64,000 nucleotides of DNA from positions 391,862 through 455,861 of the forward strand of contig CAVOYX010000006.1 in assembly GCA_963700795.1 (NCBI GenBank), given 5' to 3'. Below, one piece after another: positions 10,651 to 19,493 of this stretch. Positions within the stretch are counted from its first letter, which is position 1. Every line of letters begins with the position of its first letter. A program made the translations under genes and the position numbers. The notes under the pieces are model-generated. The model saw nothing but the letters and a program-made list of their open reading frames with translations, was not told where the DNA came from and searched no databases. This DNA comes from an uncultured Alphaproteobacteria bacterium (GTDB lineage: Bacteria > Pseudomonadota > Alphaproteobacteria > Rhizobiales > Beijerinckiaceae).

Positions 10651-10989
10651 TCAGCGCGGCCAGCGGTGCAGCGAGGGCTGAAGCGGCGCAGCATGCGGCA
10701 AGGTCATCGGACTGGCGCTGGACGGCGGCAGGAAACTGCTTGGCCTGTAGTGCCCTGAAGCCTGATTGACCCGCATCCGGCCGCGAATATGCACGCACCG
10801 GGCCGTTCCCTGCACCGCAACATAGCCTTCGCCATACATGGAACAATCGATGGTTTGCGCTCTGGATGCTGAAGAGGCCGTCAGTACCAGAACGGTCACA
10901 CCCAAACCGACCAACCCGGCGACCGGCAAAAATCTGCCTCCACCAACAGCGGTCTTTCCATCCAGATCATCCAAGCGCCGATCAATCAT
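10651..10989 (-). CDS. Small secreted protein resembling the N-terminus of alphaproteobacterial Omp2/RopA-type porins
   Basis: Hydrophobic signal-like stretch followed by C.MYGEGYVAVQGTARCVHIRGRMRV, similar to the porin motif C..YG.GF..IPGT.TC..I.G.VR. Confidence 0.55.
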   Translation of the reverse strand: MIDRRLDDLDGKTAVGGGRFLPVAGLVGLGVTVLVLTASSASRAQTIDCSMYGEGYVAVQGTARCVHIRGRMRVNQASGHYRPSSFLPPSSASPMTLPHAAPLQPSLHRWPR

Positions 10990-11158
10990 ATCCTGCTGCT
11001 TTCGTCCCTGCCTGCCACCAAATCGCGGGACAAGAATCCCTGCGTCGTGGAACCATAATGAGCGCGAAAATCGTGGCCGGAACATGGTCGGGCAGCAAAA
11101 CCGGCGCTATTGCGCACGACGATGTGATATTTTTACAACGGTTTTCCGGGGTGCGGCT

Positions 11159-11920
11159 TCAGGCCTGTATCCAGTCCCCTGCCGCCGCCTGGACGACGGC
11201 CAGTGCCGCCACTGCGGCCGTGTCTGCCCGCAGGATCCGCGGCCCAAGCGCGATGGTGAGCGTTTGCTGGAGGCTGGTTATCGCCGCCCGTTCCGCGCTA
11301 TCGAAGCCCCCTTCCGGTCCGACAAGAACCGCCAGCGACAGCGGTCGCGTTCTGGCTGCCAGTGCCTGTCGCAACTTTTCCACAGGATCGGACTGGGGCT
11401 CGTCCTCGTCACAGAAAATCAGTGCCCGGTTTTCGGGCCAGTCGCGCAGCAAGCGATCGAGGGATGCCGGCTCGGCGATCTCGGGCAGATCCAATACGCC
11501 ACATTGTTCGGCGGCCTCGATTGCATTGGCTCGCATCCTGTCAAGATTGACCCTTGTGACCTGGGTCCGGCGCGTTATGACCGGGACCAGACGGGTAGCA
11601 CCCATCTCCACGGCTTTCTGGACCATATAATCAAGCCTGGCGTGCTTCAGGGGGGCAAAAACATAGTCCAGATCGCCACGGGGGGGCTGCGGCCGCACTT
11701 TTACTTCCGGGATCAGCGAAGCCGATCTCTTGCCATCGACGGCCAGGCGGGCAAGCCATTCCCCGTCGCGGCCGTTGAAGACCAGTACCTGGACGGCGTC
11801 TGCCAGACGCAGGACATTGCGCAAATAGTTCACCTGGTCGCGTTCAAGCGCCAGTGGAACGTCTTGCGCGATGGAGCCCGTCACACACAGGCGGGGCTTG
11901 TCGATATCATAGCGGGGCAT
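11159..11920 (-). CDS. rsmE: 16S rRNA m3U1498 methyltransferase
   Basis: YL.NVLRL, FNGRDGEW, QKAVEMG, EAAEQC, VGPEGGF, LGPRILRADTA. Confidence 0.96.
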   Translation of the reverse strand: MPRYDIDKPRLCVTGSIAQDVPLALERDQVNYLRNVLRLADAVQVLVFNGRDGEWLARLAVDGKRSASLIPEVKVRPQPPRGDLDYVFAPLKHARLDYMVQKAVEMGATRLVPVITRRTQVTRVNLDRMRANAIEAAEQCGVLDLPEIAEPASLDRLLRDWPENRALIFCDEDEPQSDPVEKLRQALAARTRPLSLAVLVGPEGGFDSAERAAITSLQQTLTIALGPRILRADTAAVAALAVVQAAAGDWIQA

Positions 11921-12194
11921 GTGCAGTGCTCTTCAGGAACCGGGCGCCGGTGTTGCCATAGCAGCTCAACGGGACTTTGACACGAAATTGCCGCCTTGCC
12001 GGGTAAACTGGCCTGTCCCGGTGCGAACCTGCCGGGAGGCCCGGCCTTGCCCGATGGCGGCTGGATTTGGTAAAGGTTCACCTCAATCAGTTCCGGCGCC
12101 TGTCGATCAAGACTGCCCGGGACTGGCCAATTTTTTGCACGGGCTGCCTACTGCCAGGCCCTTGCCAGCAAACGACAAAATCAGCGGGGACTTT

Positions 12195-12698
12195 ATGAAA
12201 CATCGCGCCAAAAGCCAAAGCACGACGCGTGTGGGACTGACTGTGCCTGCGCTGTTGAGCCTTTTTGCGGGTGTATTGCTCAGCACTGGATTGGGCCTGC
12301 CCGGCGCGACGACGCCAGCGATGGCACAGTCGAGTTGTCAGATCGACTTCGAGCTGCTCACCAAAAAGCGCATGGGCTATATCGCGGCCCTCAACAAGGA
12401 GGCCAAGCGCCGGAAGGGCAAACTGGACCCGCGTAGTGCTTGCCCGCGATTGCGCGGACTGGCAGGTGCGGAAGCCGCCATGTTGAGCTACATGAAGAAA
12501 AACCAGAAATGGTGCGGAATTCCGGACGATCCCATCAAGCAGATGGAAGAAACCCGCCGCAAGACGGCCAGTCTGGCCGGACAGGCATGCAAGGCCGCCG
12601 CCCAGGTTACACGCATGCAATCCCAGGCCCGCCGTAACGCGCAAAATCAGGGCGGTGGCGCTCCTGCTCGACCCAAGCTGCCGTCCGGCCCCTTGTGA
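12195..12698 (+). CDS. Secreted Cys-containing hypothetical protein
   Basis: GGGGA RBS; signal peptide ending AMA; four Cys in the mature part; stop overlaps the ubiA start (GTGA). Confidence 0.75.
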   Translation: MKHRAKSQSTTRVGLTVPALLSLFAGVLLSTGLGLPGATTPAMAQSSCQIDFELLTKKRMGYIAALNKEAKRRKGKLDPRSACPRLRGLAGAEAAMLSYMKKNQKWCGIPDDPIKQMEETRRKTASLAGQACKAAAQVTRMQSQARRNAQNQGGGAPARPKLPSGPL

Positions 12699-13666
12699 GC
12701 GAACCTTCCGGCGTTCCGGTGACGCCACCCGCTGGCATGCCCGGAACGCACACGCCACGACTGCCTGATACTGCCGAGCGCGATTTGTTTCTGCGCTATG
12801 CACCTGCTTCCGCCATTCCATTTGTGCAACTTGCCAGGCTCGACAGACCGATCGGCTGGTGGCTCCTTTTGCTGCCCTGCTGGTGGTCCGCAGCACTGGC
12901 AGGTATTGCGTCCGGATCAGGTCCCAACCTCCTGCACGTCGTGTTGTTCTACATCGGGGCCATCGTCATGCGTGGCGCGGGCGCAACCTGGAACGATATT
13001 GTGGACCGGAACATCGATGCCGGCGTCGAACGCACACGCGGGCGGCCATTGCCTTCAGGCCGCGTCAGCGTGAAGGCCGCCAAGATATTTCTGGTTGCAC
13101 AGGCGCTGGTCGGCGCTTGTGTGTTGTTCATGTTCAACTGGTTTGCCATTGCCACAGGCATCGCATCACTGGCCATTGTAGCAATCTATCCCTTCATGAA
13201 ACGCTTCACCTTCTGGCCGCAGGCGGTGCTTGGACTGGCCTTTGCGTGGGGCGGGCTCATGGGATGGGCGGGCGCATTCGGCTCGCTCGCGCTGCCCGCC
13301 TTGCTGATCTACGCATCGGCAATATTCTGGACAATCGGTTACGACACGATCTATGCGCTGCAGGATTCCCGTGACGATGCGATCGTCGGAGTGCGCTCGA
13401 CCGCCCGCCTGTTTGCCGGACACGTACGCGAAGGCGTCAGCCTGTTTTATGTTTTGTCGATTGTCACGGCCAGCGCTGCGGTACATCTGGCCGGTGGCGG
13501 ATTGTGGGGCCAGTTGGCGGTGGCAGTGTTCGCCGCTCATCTGGTCTGGCAAGTCCTGCAGATCGTACCGGGCAATCCAGACCTCGCGCTGCGGCTGTTC
13601 CGCTCCAATCGCGATGCCGGATTGTTGTTTTTCGCAGCGTTGGCCCTGACCGGATACGTGAGCTGA
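12695..13666 (+). CDS. ubiA: 4-hydroxybenzoate polyprenyltransferase
   Basis: RLDRPIGWWLLLLPCWW, NDIVDRNIDAGVERT..RPLPSG, YPFMKRFT, YDTIYALQD..DD. Confidence 0.96.
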   Translation: MSEPSGVPVTPPAGMPGTHTPRLPDTAERDLFLRYAPASAIPFVQLARLDRPIGWWLLLLPCWWSAALAGIASGSGPNLLHVVLFYIGAIVMRGAGATWNDIVDRNIDAGVERTRGRPLPSGRVSVKAAKIFLVAQALVGACVLFMFNWFAIATGIASLAIVAIYPFMKRFTFWPQAVLGLAFAWGGLMGWAGAFGSLALPALLIYASAIFWTIGYDTIYALQDSRDDAIVGVRSTARLFAGHVREGVSLFYVLSIVTASAAVHLAGGGLWGQLAVAVFAAHLVWQVLQIVPGNPDLALRLFRSNRDAGLLFFAALALTGYVS

Positions 13667-13747
13667 CAGCCACAATCAGCCAGGTCAAATAAGGCGACTT
13701 GATCGTTCACTACTGGCGCGGTGTGCGGTTCCGGCCTAGAAACAGGC

Positions 13748-13924
13748 ATGGTGAAAATCGCAATCCTGCTGCTCGCGACAACGCTGACAGTTTCCAGATT
13801 TGCCGGACGCTGGATGCCGGAAGAAGCGAAAAAGGCCGCCCGCATCCTGTCATGGCTGCTTGCGGCCTATGTTGTCGTGATGCTTTTTCTGGGCATCCTT
13901 GCCTATCTGCGACCTGCGGGCTGA
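13748..13924 (+). CDS. Small hydrophobic membrane protein
   Basis: 58-aa ORF with two hydrophobic segments in the gap between ubiA and the next gene. Confidence 0.45.
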   Translation: MVKIAILLLATTLTVSRFAGRWMPEEAKKAARILSWLLAAYVVVMLFLGILAYLRPAG

Positions 13925-13933
13925 CACGCTGTT

Positions 13934-14527
13934 TCAGGTGCGGGCAATAATCTCGCGTTCACCGCAGAAATTTTCATTCATGCGATCAAGCTTGCCGGTA
14001 TGACGGCGGGCATAAAGACGCGGGCGGCGCTTTGCCAATGTTCCACCACGGCGGCGGATCATCGGCTTCTCGCCACGACGCAACCGGCCGCGCTGTCCAT
14101 CATCTGATTCCACTGAAGCAGCAGACATTTCAGGTGGCGCACAAAATGCCGAGCCAATGACCGGCAGTTCAAAATACTGCGACCATTCAGCTATCGCTGC
14201 ATCGATCATCGCAGGCGACGAACCTTCGTACAATTTCACCGACAGATCCGGATCAGCATGCACCAGCATCACGCGAAAACCGCTATGGCCTTCGGCGATG
14301 TTGGGCGCAAGAATTCCAATGCCGTCGTATTTGCTGATCGCCATGGTCACGCGCATGGATACGCCATGAACCTTGCGTACGATCACAATGCGATCCGTTT
14401 CAAAATGAATGGTGCGCTGATTGTTTTCAGCACGGCTATCGCAGTCGATCGAAGATCTGACCTGCTTGTATGCATGCGCTCCGGAAAAGAGCGGCTCCTG
14501 TCCAATGTTCATAACGCTTCCCAACAT
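13934..14527 (-). CDS. DUF6101-like Rhizobiales conserved protein
   Basis: D.RA....R.I, LVHADPDLSV.L, Arg-rich RRR...RRP...RR, C-terminal GEREIIAR. Confidence 0.7.
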   Translation of the reverse strand: MLGSVMNIGQEPLFSGAHAYKQVRSSIDCDSRAENNQRTIHFETDRIVIVRKVHGVSMRVTMAISKYDGIGILAPNIAEGHSGFRVMLVHADPDLSVKLYEGSSPAMIDAAIAEWSQYFELPVIGSAFCAPPEMSAASVESDDGQRGRLRRGEKPMIRRRGGTLAKRRPRLYARRHTGKLDRMNENFCGEREIIART

Positions 14528-14795
14528 TCGCCTGTACCACCAGCCTGTATGCAGGCCTTATGGATCTTTTCGATCCTTGTTTGCGCGCCGGTTTTCCGTG
14601 TCGCACAGGTGAAGAATGCAGGGAGAAAACGCATAAAACCCTAGCAGGGATAGTTAAAAGGGTCTTGCATCGTGAAATGAAAATGGCTTTCAGGCACTAG
14701 CGTCACCTGCAGCCTAAGATTCTCGGTAAATTTTTACTCAAGCATCCAAACCAGGGCATGCAGCCATTGATGGCGCGGCAATTCGTTAGCAGAAC

Positions 14796-16179
14796 CTAAA
14801 TGGTGCAATGATCGAAAACGCGGGCAATGTTTTTATTCCAGGAGCCGTTGTAAAGATCGAGCAGATCTTCGGCTGACGTCTTGCCGCGCTCGATCCTGTC
14901 ACGCAATATATCCAGCATATGCGTTTCATCGCGTCCGCTGTTGTCGTGCATTGCGCGTCTGGAAAGTCCGGAACTGGCAATATCGAGAGCTTCGCGGCCG
15001 ATGTCGCGCAGAGACCTACCAGCGATTTCTGCCTTCAGACCAAGACGCGGAACATCATCGCGCAATTGCTGCCGTTGTTCCGCCGTCCAGCCCCTGGCGA
15101 TGTCCCAGCATGCATCCAGCGCCGTGGTGTCATACAGAAGGCCGACAAAAAATGCCGACAGGGCAAGAATGTGTTCGGCTGAACCGGTATCGGCGCCACG
15201 CATCTCGAGATAACGTTTCAGGCGCACCTCTGGAAATATGGTCGACAAATGGTTAGCCCAGTCGGACATGGTCGCGAACTGGCCCGGCATCGATGCCAGA
15301 TTGCCTGCAAAGAGCTGGCGGAAATCCTGCCCGGCAACATCGTGATAAGTGTCGCCCCGCTTGATGAAATACATCGGCACCTGGAGCGCATAATCGACGT
15401 AGCGTTCGAAGCCCATGCCGTCTTCAAAGATGAAAGGCAACATGCCCGCGCGATGGTTGTCGGTGTCACGCCAGATTTCCGACCGGGCCGACAAAAGACC
15501 GTTTGGTTTCCCGTCGGTAAACGGCGAATTGGCGAACAGCGCTGTGGCCAGAGGTTGCAGGGCCACCGACACCCGCAGTTTCTTGACCATGTCCGCCTCG
15601 CTGGCGAAATCCGAGATTCACCTGAACGGTGCAGGTCCGGTACATCATGTCGAGGCCGCGCGTGCCGACTTTCGGCATATAGGCCGTCATGATCTTATAG
15701 CGGCTCTTGGGCATGCGCGGTGTTTCGGCAAGGGTCCAGGACGGGCTCATGCCCAGGGAAAGAAAGTTCATCCCGCAATTGGCCGCCGCCCTCTTGGCGG
15801 TTGCCAGATGCGCAGCCAATTCATCGCGGGTCTGGTGGAGCGATTGCAGGGGCGCTCCGGACAGTTCGAATTGACCGCCCGGCTCCAGCGAAATGGCCCC
15901 TCCACCGGCCGGATCGAACATGCCGATCAGTACACCAGCATCCTCAATGGAGTCCCAGCCGGTCTCGGCCCGGGTCTGTTCCAGCAGCACTTCGATGCCA
16001 CAGCGGCCGAGCTCATCGCCCTTGTAAGGGACCGGCGACAGATCGGAGCGGTAAAAGGGAAACTTCTCGTGCTCGGTGCCGATCCGGAATTTCGAGGCTG
16101 GCTTGCACCCCTCCTCGAACCAGGCGACCAATTCATCGCGCGACGAAACGGGTGTCTGATCGGTCACATCACGCGCCAT
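14796..16179 (-). CDS. gshA: Glutamate-cysteine ligase (one frameshift near 15611)
   Basis: MARDVTD...RIGTEHEKF, ISLEPGGQFELSG, MPKSRY..M, MMYRTCTVQVNL, then DFASEADMVKK...ALFANSPF, FPEVRLKRYLEMRGAD in the next frame. Confidence 0.95.
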
Positions 16180-16545
16180 GGGCTTGCTACTCGTTCCTCT
16201 TTCAGGCCCGCAATGAACCCGAAGCCGTTAACTATTGTGGCATGCCCCGAAAAACAGTCCGGGGTGCCCCGTATACGCCTGGAAATCCAAAAAACCGGTC
16301 AAAAAATGGGGATCAGACCGCCAGCGCCCGATCTTATTAGGGGGCATTATCGACTCTGGCAATCTCCCCTTCAAATGGCCCATTCATTAATCGATGCGCT
16401 CGAATTTTCTTCAATTTCCGCAACGGGATACGTCATTGGTTAACGCAAGGGACAGGTAGGTAATAATGGTTATCGCATCGCGAGTGAAATTAACACTTTG
16501 GCGACCTGCGCGCGGCATTATCGCCGCATCACCGGAGCTTGACCA

Positions 16546-16707
16546 ATGCGACTGCTAAGACGATTTCTTGCCGATGAAAGTGGGGCAACCGCCATAGAGT
16601 ACGTAATGATTGGCGGGCTGGTATCAATTCTCATTATCAGTGGAACCATGATCATGGGCTCGAAGATGGATCTCAATTTCAGCAAGGTGGGCAGCGCGCT
16701 GCAATAA
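16546..16707 (+). CDS. flp: Flp/Fap type IVb pilin, copy 1 (53 aa; not in the ORF track)
   Basis: Manual translation MRLLRRFLADESG^ATAIEYVMIGGLVSILIISGTMIMGSKMDLNFSKVGSALQ*; canonical F..DESGATAIEY prepilin motif; GGAG RBS. Confidence 0.92.
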   Translation: MRLLRRFLADESGATAIEYVMIGGLVSILIISGTMIMGSKMDLNFSKVGSALQ

Positions 16708-16761
16708 GTGCGCAAGTCCTACGCCACCGGGCTTTCATCATTGGTCAACCAATATCGCTAC

Positions 16762-16811
16762 TGAAGCATGGGTTAAGACCCGTTAACCGGCAAATTTAAA
16801 CCAGCATTTAC
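16762..16811 (+). promoter_or_regulatory. Cluster of CtrA-like boxes upstream of flp copy 2
   Basis: TGAA-GCATGGG-TTAA (16762-16776) and TTAA-ACCAGCA-TTTAC (16796-16811) each have 1 mismatch; GTTAAC half-site at 16782-16787. Confidence 0.6.
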
Positions 16812-16857
16812 CCGCACCGCTCATCCTCTCCCTGTAACAAAAACGGGAGACGGACAA

Positions 16858-17019
16858 ATGAAATTGATTTTGCGCTTTTTGAAAGACGAACACGGCGGCA
16901 CCGGTATCGAATATGCGATGATCGGCGTCTTGATGTCGGTAATGGTCATCAGTGGTGCGACAACGATCGGCACAAAGATGAACACCAACTTCAGCGCGGT
17001 TGGCAGCGGACTTCAATAA
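16858..17019 (+). CDS. flp: Flp/Fap type IVb pilin, copy 2 (53 aa; not in the ORF track)
   Basis: MKLILRFLKDEHG^GTGIEYAMIGVLMSVMVISGATTIGTKMNTNFSAVGSGLQ*; E+5/Y+6 Flp motif; GGGAGA RBS. Confidence 0.92.
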   Translation: MKLILRFLKDEHGGTGIEYAMIGVLMSVMVISGATTIGTKMNTNFSAVGSGLQ

Positions 17020-17062
17020 ACCTGAAAAGTTTTGCCGGCGACTGCCGGCCCAGGAAACAATC

Positions 17063-17092
17063 AACCCGGAGCGTGCGACCGCTCCGGGTTTT
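17063..17092. terminator. Probable bidirectional intrinsic terminator
   Basis: AACCCGGAGCG-tgcgac-CGCTCCGGGTT-TT between convergent flp2 and DUF937 genes. Confidence 0.8.
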
Positions 17093-17105
17093 GCTGTATC
17101 AAGTT

Positions 17106-17969
17106 TCAGCGGCGGCCCAGAAGCTGGCCGAGGAGATCTTCAAGTCCCGGAGGCGCTGATCCCTGCTGCTGGCCACGCGACGAAGCGTCGGGCCGCAATA
17201 TCTTGCCAAGTTGGTCAAGGCCGTTGTTCAGAGAACCTGGATCGAAGCCTTCAGGGAAAATCTGGTCGTTACCGCGCCTGGGCTGTTGAGCCTGCCCAGT
17301 CGACTGACCCGGCCCGCGACCGCCGCCGAGCAATCCGCCAAGCAAGCCCCCCAGAAGGCCGCCTAGGCCACCTTCGGCCTGTGGCGCGGGGCGAGGCTGC
17401 GGCGCTGGCTGGCGCTGTTGTTCCTGACCGCCACCCAGCGAGCCTTTTCCCAGAATGTCGCCGAGCACATCGCCAAGGCCACCGCTGGAATTGCCGGGGG
17501 CATTGCCGCCCATCTTGCCCATCTGTTCGAGCAGGCCACCCAGCCCGCCGCCCTGCATCTTCTTGAACATGCCGCCCACGACCATGGAGAGGATCACAGG
17601 CATCAGCATCCGCATCAGGCTCGGCGCCAGGCCTGCAGCCTGCGCAGCGTGGGCAGCCAGAACATCCGGCGCCTCGTTCGAGTTGAACAATTTGCCAACC
17701 AGTTCGTTGCCATCGTTGACGGTTTCGCTGTCATCAAGGCCAGCGGAATGCTCGAAGGCTTTCTGGTGCCGGTCATTGAGCAGCGCTCCGAACAAATCGG
17801 CAAGCCCACCGGCGCTTTCAGTCTTTTGGGCCATGCCAGCGGAGAATGCCGGGATCAGCGCAGCAGCGGCCTTTTGCGCCTGCTCCTCGGAGATGCCGAA
17901 CTGGCGCGCAATATTGCCCAACGCCTGACCGCCCTGGGCCTCCTGAATAATGTCGTTGATCGAAAACAT
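17106..17969 (-). CDS. DUF937 domain protein with Gly-rich tail
   Basis: MFSINDIIQEAQGGQALGNIARQFGIS, GNELVGKLF, GGLGGLLGGLLGG low-complexity tail; GGGAG RBS. Confidence 0.85.
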   Translation of the reverse strand: MFSINDIIQEAQGGQALGNIARQFGISEEQAQKAAAALIPAFSAGMAQKTESAGGLADLFGALLNDRHQKAFEHSAGLDDSETVNDGNELVGKLFNSNEAPDVLAAHAAQAAGLAPSLMRMLMPVILSMVVGGMFKKMQGGGLGGLLEQMGKMGGNAPGNSSGGLGDVLGDILGKGSLGGGQEQQRQPAPQPRPAPQAEGGLGGLLGGLLGGLLGGGRGPGQSTGQAQQPRRGNDQIFPEGFDPGSLNNGLDQLGKILRPDASSRGQQQGSAPPGLEDLLGQLLGRR

Positions 17970-18133
17970 GCCGAACTCCCGGTTTTTCCAAAATATCGAA
18001 GGCTTGACCCGCGTTTCATCAGGCGCCCCAGTATATTCCGGTCCGGATGCTAGCCTAACAATTCCATCATAGCGAGCCGCGAAATTTGCTGACTTGATGT
18101 CTGCGCCCAGGCCAAATGGCCAGGCTTGCCTTG

Positions 18134-19492
18134 CTATTCTGCCTGATTGCGTTGCGCCAGCCGCGAGACCACCCTGTAGGACGTGGCAAGCGCGGCCAGA
18201 CCAAATATGGCGCCGCCGGCAGCCACCCCGAGCAATGCGCCGTGCGCCCCGCCCCACGCAGCCCCGAGCGTCACAAACGGTATGACGCCGAGGGATGCCC
18301 TGCCCCAGTTGAACACTGTCGCCAGCATCTGATAGCCGAGGTTGTTGAAGGCCGCATTGGCAGCGAACAGAAATCCAAGAAACATCCACCCGCCCGCGCC
18401 GACCTTGCAAAAATAGACAACAAACTCGGCTGTTGCGCCTGTTGCACCGAAGAGCCAGGTGATCCAGGCGCTTGCCAGCCAAAGTACGATCCACATCGCC
18501 AGGCCATAGGCGGCAGCAACGGCGTAGCAATTCGTCAACGTGGAGGCGACGCGGTCGAACCGGCGCGCGCCATAGTTCTGGCCGACGATGGGCCCGACGG
18601 CGCCGGACATGGCGAAAAGAACGCCGAAGGCTACCGGGATGATCCGGTCGATGATCGCAAAGCCGGCAAGAATTTCATCGCCGAATGTTGCGAAAATACG
18701 CAGGGAATAGATATTCGCCACTGGCGCCGCCATGGTTGTGAGCATCGCCGGAAGCGCGATCCTGAGAAGCGGTTTCAGATAGCGCAGCACGCTGGCCCAT
18801 GGCATGCGCCGCAACAATCCATGCACATGCGCTGCTCCCCAAAAGCCGATTACAGCAAATGCCATACGCGAAGCTGCAGTCGATATGGCAGCACCGGTAA
18901 CATCCCAGCGCAGCCAAAGAATCAGGATGGGATCGAGGATCGAAATTACAATCGCGCCGCCAAGGGTGACATACATCGAGCCGCGCGCATCGCCGGCTGC
19001 GCGCATGACGCCGGACAGGGCCATGCCGACTGCCAGGAATGCATTGGACGGAAAAGTCAAAAGAATGAAATGCGACGCAAATTCCAGCGTTTCGCCGCGC
19101 GCCCCGATAAGGCCTGCCAATTCGCGCCGGAAAGGTACGACCAGCAATGAAATCACAGCGGTTATGATTGCAATGTGAACGATGGCTCCAGATGCGGCAC
19201 GCTCAGCCTCCTCGCGGTCGCCGCGGCCAAGCGCCTGGGAGACCAGCGCCGTGACAGCAATGGAAAAACCGATCTGGATGGAAATGAACAGGAATGATAG
19301 TTGCGAAGCAATACCGATGCCCGCGGTCATGTTCGCATCGCCCAGCCACGAAATGTAAATGAGTGTCAGGAGGTCGACGAAGAAGATCGCGACAAGTCCG
19401 ACCGAACCCGTGGCCGTCATCACAAGGACATGGCGGAGGATCGATCCTTCGAGAAAGATGGCACGCACGCTGCGCTGGCTTGGAACGGTCAT
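18134..19492 (-). CDS. MATE family efflux transporter
   Basis: FLEGSILRHVLVMT, FFVDL, RAAGDAR, LDPILI, GPIVGQNYGARRFDRV; about 12 TM segments. Confidence 0.92.
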   Translation of the reverse strand: MTVPSQRSVRAIFLEGSILRHVLVMTATGSVGLVAIFFVDLLTLIYISWLGDANMTAGIGIASQLSFLFISIQIGFSIAVTALVSQALGRGDREEAERAASGAIVHIAIITAVISLLVVPFRRELAGLIGARGETLEFASHFILLTFPSNAFLAVGMALSGVMRAAGDARGSMYVTLGGAIVISILDPILILWLRWDVTGAAISTAASRMAFAVIGFWGAAHVHGLLRRMPWASVLRYLKPLLRIALPAMLTTMAAPVANIYSLRIFATFGDEILAGFAIIDRIIPVAFGVLFAMSGAVGPIVGQNYGARRFDRVASTLTNCYAVAAAYGLAMWIVLWLASAWITWLFGATGATAEFVVYFCKVGAGGWMFLGFLFAANAAFNNLGYQMLATVFNWGRASLGVIPFVTLGAAWGGAHGALLGVAAGGAIFGLAALATSYRVVSRLAQRNQAE

Positions 19493-19493
19493 G

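Noticed and set aside
14653-14741. CtrA boxes upstream of the DUF6101-like gene
   Set aside because: The best matches (GTTAA-N7-TTGC and GTAAA-N7-TCAA) each have two mismatches, too weak to call without conservation data.
16518-17064. Minus-strand ORFs 16518-16715 and 16783-17064
   Set aside because: They are antisense shadows of the two flp genes.
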